Assembly: GCA_963727705.1 (NCBI GenBank)
Contig: CAVSHK010000028.1
Location: forward strand, 39,537-103,536
DNA: 64,000 nucleotides
Source of the DNA: an uncultured Bacteroidota bacterium
Lineage (GTDB): Bacteria; Bacteroidota; Bacteroidia; 2-12-FULL-35-15
Reading direction: 5' to 3'
The notes beneath the pieces were generated by a model, which was not told the origin of the DNA, ran no database searches, and worked only from the letters and a program-made list of their open reading frames with translations. Both the position numbers and the translations under genes were made by a program. This document shows, in pieces, positions 60,797 through 64,000 of the stretch (its first letter is position 1; each line of letters starts with the position of its first letter).

Positions 60797-62068
60797 TTAA
60801 TTTATTATTTCAAATCCTGTATAAGGAACTAACGCTGGCGGTATCCTAATGCCGGTTGGTGTTTGGTTATTCTCCAATAAGGAAGCTACGATACGAGGTA
60901 ATGCCAATGCACTTCCATTAAGTGTATGTGCCAATTGAGGTTTCGCATCGCCGTCTTTAAATCGTAATTTTAAACGGTTGCTTTGAAAAGCCTCAAAATT
61001 TGAGACAGAACTTACCTCCAGCCATTTTTCCTGTGCTGCAGAAAACGTTTCAAAATCGTAGGTTAAAGCTGAAGCAAAGCTCATATCACCTCCACACAAT
61101 TTAAGGATGCGAAAAGGCAATTCTAAATCGCGCAACAAACCGACTACATAATTACGCATGTCTTCTAACGTTTGATACGACACTGAAGGATGTGCGATTT
61201 GTACGATCTCCACTTTATCAAATTGATGTAAACGGTTTAATCCGCGCACATCTTTACCATAACTTCCAGCCTCTCTTCTAAAACAAGGAGTATAGCCACA
61301 CATTTTTATAGGTAATTCGCTTGATTTCACAATCACATCGCGGTAAATATTGGTAATAGGCACTTCTGCCGTTGGTATCAAATACAAATTGTCAACGGTT
61401 GCATGATACATTTGTCCTTCCTTATCGGGTAATTGTCCGGTTCCAAAGCCAGAAGCTTCGTTTACCAAAATAGGCGGTTGTATTTCCAAATAGCCTGCAG
61501 CCGTTGCTTTATCTAAAAAGAAATTAATTAACGCACGTTGTAAACGAGCTGCTTTTCCTTTATACACGGGAAATCCGGCTCCTGTTAATTTTACTCCCAA
61601 TTCAAAATCTATTAGATTATATTGTTCGGCAAGCTCCCAATGAGGTTTTGCGCCTGAATGTAAATTAGGAATTACACCTTCTTCATGAACGTTTTCATTA
61701 TCAGCAGGAATCGTACCTTTAGGTACTTCATAACTGGGAGTATTGGGAATTAGCACTAATAGTTTATATTGTTCTTCTTCTATAGTTTTAAGCTGCTCCG
61801 AAAGTTTATTAGAACTTTCTTTAAGCGCAACGCTTTTGTTCTTCACCTCATCGCCTTCCGCTTTTTTTCCTTGTTTGTAAAAATCACCAACTTGCTTCGC
61901 AATGATGTTTGCTTCATTTAACAAGGCATCCAACTCATTTTGAGTGCGACGACGTTCGTTGTCCAATTCTAATACTTGCTCAATGATTGATTTTGCATCG
62001 AAGTTCTTAATTAATAAACGTTCAATAGCTTCTTCTTTGTTGTCACGGATGTACTGTAGTTGTAACAT
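60797..62068 (-). CDS. serS: Seryl-tRNA synthetase
   Basis: N-terminal coiled coil and class-II aaRS motifs (FRREAGS..., GTALA...R). Confidence 0.92.
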   Translation of the reverse strand: MLQLQYIRDNKEEAIERLLIKNFDAKSIIEQVLELDNERRRTQNELDALLNEANIIAKQVGDFYKQGKKAEGDEVKNKSVALKESSNKLSEQLKTIEEEQYKLLVLIPNTPSYEVPKGTIPADNENVHEEGVIPNLHSGAKPHWELAEQYNLIDFELGVKLTGAGFPVYKGKAARLQRALINFFLDKATAAGYLEIQPPILVNEASGFGTGQLPDKEGQMYHATVDNLYLIPTAEVPITNIYRDVIVKSSELPIKMCGYTPCFRREAGSYGKDVRGLNRLHQFDKVEIVQIAHPSVSYQTLEDMRNYVVGLLRDLELPFRILKLCGGDMSFASALTYDFETFSAAQEKWLEVSSVSNFEAFQSNRLKLRFKDGDAKPQLAHTLNGSALALPRIVASLLENNQTPTGIRIPPALVPYTGFEIIN

Positions 62069-62077
62069 ATATTTTTA

Positions 62078-62374
62078 TTATAATTTCAAGAATGCCGGAT
62101 TTTGCCTTGTATCCTGAATAGTGATTATTTCTATTTCCTTTTTATTAACTCTATAAAACAATGTTGTGTGTTTTGTAATCACACATTTTCTTACATTTTT
62201 CTTGATTTTCGATTCAGGATACATTGATGGAGTATCGGCAATTTGGTTTATGGTTTTAAAAAGTTTTGAAATGAACTTTTGTTTTACCTTTTCCGACCAT
62301 TCATCCTGCAGATAAGTTATTATTTTATCGAGATTTTTTTCGGCTCGTTCCGAAATAACAATACGAAATGACAT
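62078..62374 (-). CDS. RelE/ParE-family type II toxin
   Basis: A 98-aa protein with the typical RelE/ParE fold pattern (...YRV..KEIEIITI...). It is translationally coupled to an upstream small ORF. Confidence 0.7.
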   Translation of the reverse strand: MSFRIVISERAEKNLDKIITYLQDEWSEKVKQKFISKLFKTINQIADTPSMYPESKIKKNVRKCVITKHTTLFYRVNKKEIEIITIQDTRQNPAFLKL

Positions 62375-62598
62375 TATTTGTATTTGGAAATTACTTTATT
62401 GAAATCCTTTTTTTTCCCTTTTTCAATATCGTTTAATCCAACTTCAATATCTTCAATCTGCGCATCGTTAAGGGTTATCCAAAAGTCTTTCTTCTTCCCC
62501 CCTTTGTTTATTAGGAATTTATACAACTCTACTAATTTATTCTCTTCAAGTGTATCAATCTTTCTAAATAATTCAATCTTTAGTTGTGCAATGTTCAT
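62374..62598 (-). CDS. Putative antitoxin of the RelE/ParE pair
   Basis: A 74-aa protein whose stop overlaps the toxin start (ATGA). Confidence 0.5.
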   Translation of the reverse strand: MNIAQLKIELFRKIDTLEENKLVELYKFLINKGGKKKDFWITLNDAQIEDIEVGLNDIEKGKKKDFNKVISKYK

Positions 62599-62706
62599 TT
62601 GTTGAGAGTTTTTTTAATTATTGCATTCACAAATTAACAGTCAAAAATAAAAAATCTCTCAAACTTATGCTTAAGCTTGAGAGATTTTAACTAAAAAATA
62701 ATCTTA

Positions 62707-62970
62707 CTATGCTTCTGCAAATGGAACAACAGAAACGTACGATTTATTATCGCGTTTCTTTTTAAATTCCACAGTACCATTAGTTAAAGCAAATAATGTA
62801 TGGTCTTTACCAATACCTACATTTAAGCCTGGTCTGTGTTTAGTACCACGTTGACGAACGATGATGTTTCCTGAAATGGCCAATTGACCACCATAGATTT
62901 TAACACCTAAACGTTTGCTGTGCGATTCGCGACCGTTATCACTACTACCGGCTCCTTTCTTATGTGCCAT
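62707..62970 (-). CDS. rpmA: 50S ribosomal protein L27
   Basis: [25 protein letters not shown]. Confidence 0.92.
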   Translation of the reverse strand: MAHKKGAGSSDNGRESHSKRLGVKIYGGQLAISGNIIVRQRGTKHRPGLNVGIGKDHTLFALTNGTVEFKKKRDNKSYVSVVPFAEA

Positions 62971-63022
62971 GTTATTAAGTTTAAAAGTTTAAATTAAAAA
63001 TTAAAGAGTGCTTAACTCTGTA

Positions 63023-63490
63023 TTATTCGCTAACCTTTTTTTTAGTAGCTGCTTTTTTTGCAGGTGCTTTTTTAGGTTTTGCTTCTTTTACTTCTTCTTT
63101 AGCTTCAGCTTCTTCTACAACTTTTTTAGCTTTAGGAGCTTTTTTCTCTGCCTTAATCTCATCTTTTAATGTTTCACCTTTAGCTAAAACACCTTGGATA
63201 AGGATCTGAGACAATTGCTGACGGTGACCGTTTGATTTTTGGTAACCTTTTCTGCGTTTTTTCTTAAACACGATGACCTTGTCACCTTGTAAGTGCGAAA
63301 GTACTGTTGCAGCTACTTTTGCACCATCTACTGAAGGAGTTCCTATTTCGATTTTGCCATCGTTGTCAATTAACAACACTTTGTCAAACTCTACTTTAGC
63401 ACCTTCGCTAGCATCTAGGCGGTTCACATAAACTTTCGTTCCGCGTGAAACCTTAAATTGTTGCCCGGCTATTTCTACGATTGCGTACAT
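63023..63490 (-). CDS. rplU: 50S ribosomal protein L21 with a Lys/Ala-rich C-terminal extension
   Basis: MYAIVEIAGQQFKV.... Confidence 0.9.
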   Translation of the reverse strand: MYAIVEIAGQQFKVSRGTKVYVNRLDASEGAKVEFDKVLLIDNDGKIEIGTPSVDGAKVAATVLSHLQGDKVIVFKKKRRKGYQKSNGHRQQLSQILIQGVLAKGETLKDEIKAEKKAPKAKKVVEEAEAKEEVKEAKPKKAPAKKAATKKKVSE

Positions 63491-63600
63491 TTTTTTGGGT
63501 TTTATTGTTAGTACTGATCCAAGCAATTGTTTACTTGGGGGCACGAAAGTATAAAATATTTTCTTATTAACAATGTTTTCAACAGAAAAAATTTGTCACA

Positions 63601-64000
63601 TTATGGAATAATTATCTCGTCGATGGTCGAAGCCCCTTTTAAAGAAGGTTTTTTGTTTACCAAATATACGCCTAATAAAATAACAAATGCGCATACAATG
63701 TGCATAGGAAGGACGCTTTCCCCATCCAGCATGCCCCACATAATAGCTACCAAAGGTATTAAATAAGTTACCGAAGTTCCAAAAATGGAAGAGGTGTTTT
63801 TAATTAAAATATTAAAAAGAATAATTGATAATGAAGTGCCAAGTATTCCCAACAGACAAACGTATCCTAAACTTTCCCATGCTAATGGAGCAGTGTTTAA
63901 TTTATGCACAAAATCGGTGTTTAAAAACAGGTAGATACCTGAAATAGGTCCCACAAACAGCATTGCCCAAACAGTGCAGGCTACAGAGTTTACTGCCCCT
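63601..64000 (-). CDS. EamA/DMT-family transporter, truncated by the window edge
   Basis: Multiple transmembrane helices in the pattern of an EamA repeat. Confidence 0.55.
   Translation of the reverse strand, partial: GAVNSVACTVWAMLFVGPISGIYLFLNTDFVHKLNTAPLAWESLGYVCLLGILGTSLSIILFNILIKNTSSIFGTSVTYLIPLVAIMWGMLDGESVLPMHIVCAFVILLGVYLVNKKPSLKGASTIDEIIIP

Overview
This 64 kb window is from a Bacteroidota chromosome. The assignment rests on T9SS type-A and type-B C-terminal sorting domains, a Lys-rich C-terminal tail on ribosomal protein L21, about 38% GC, and gliding-type adhesin architecture. The housekeeping backbone comprises atpA (partial) and atpG, trxB, fbp, a DEAD-box helicase, mfd, purK and purE, the beta-oxidation genes fadA and fadB, uvrC, dCMP deaminase, a C-terminal processing protease, sodA, rlmN, ispB, serS and rplU-rpmA. 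Several accessory insertions interrupt it.

The most interesting locus, at 5842-9241 on the minus strand, is a compact six-gene operon: an ECF sigma factor, a zf-HC2 anti-sigma factor, a Sec-signal-peptide Cys-repeat precursor peptide, a DUF692 MNIO oxidase, a DUF2063 partner protein, and a DoxX membrane protein. This architecture matches the copper-binding bufferin-type RiPP operons (buf/gig). The precursor core, however, is an unusual Lys-rich tandem repeat of Cys-Gly motifs, so the product is probably an undescribed MNIO-modified secreted peptide.

Other notable points:
- A YoeB/Txe toxin-antitoxin cassette sits inside a 53-bp direct duplication of the atpG 3' end.
- A roughly 195-bp MITE-like element with perfect 18-bp terminal inverted repeats occurs twice, and related REP-like hairpins sit downstream of tRNA-Ser.
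- An adhesin island follows tRNA-Ser. It holds a 1.1k-aa T9SS-A protein and a gene of about 9 kb. That gene carries roughly 20 near-identical 285-bp (95 aa) tandem repeats, a PKD domain and a T9SS type-B C-terminal domain. Its N-terminal Gly-rich domains are shattered by frameshifts at poly-G tracts.
- Three tandem acyl-CoA dehydrogenase paralogs sit next to an FATP-like acyl-CoA synthetase.
- A second RelE/ParE toxin-antitoxin pair is present.
- Many single-base frameshifts fall in conserved genes: atpA, the DEAD helicase, mfd (two), DUF3108, the third ACAD copy, and the FATP-like gene. This pattern looks like homopolymer sequencing error rather than biology, but reads would be needed to confirm.

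No rRNA or CRISPR was found. There is one tRNA, tRNA-Ser(UGA).
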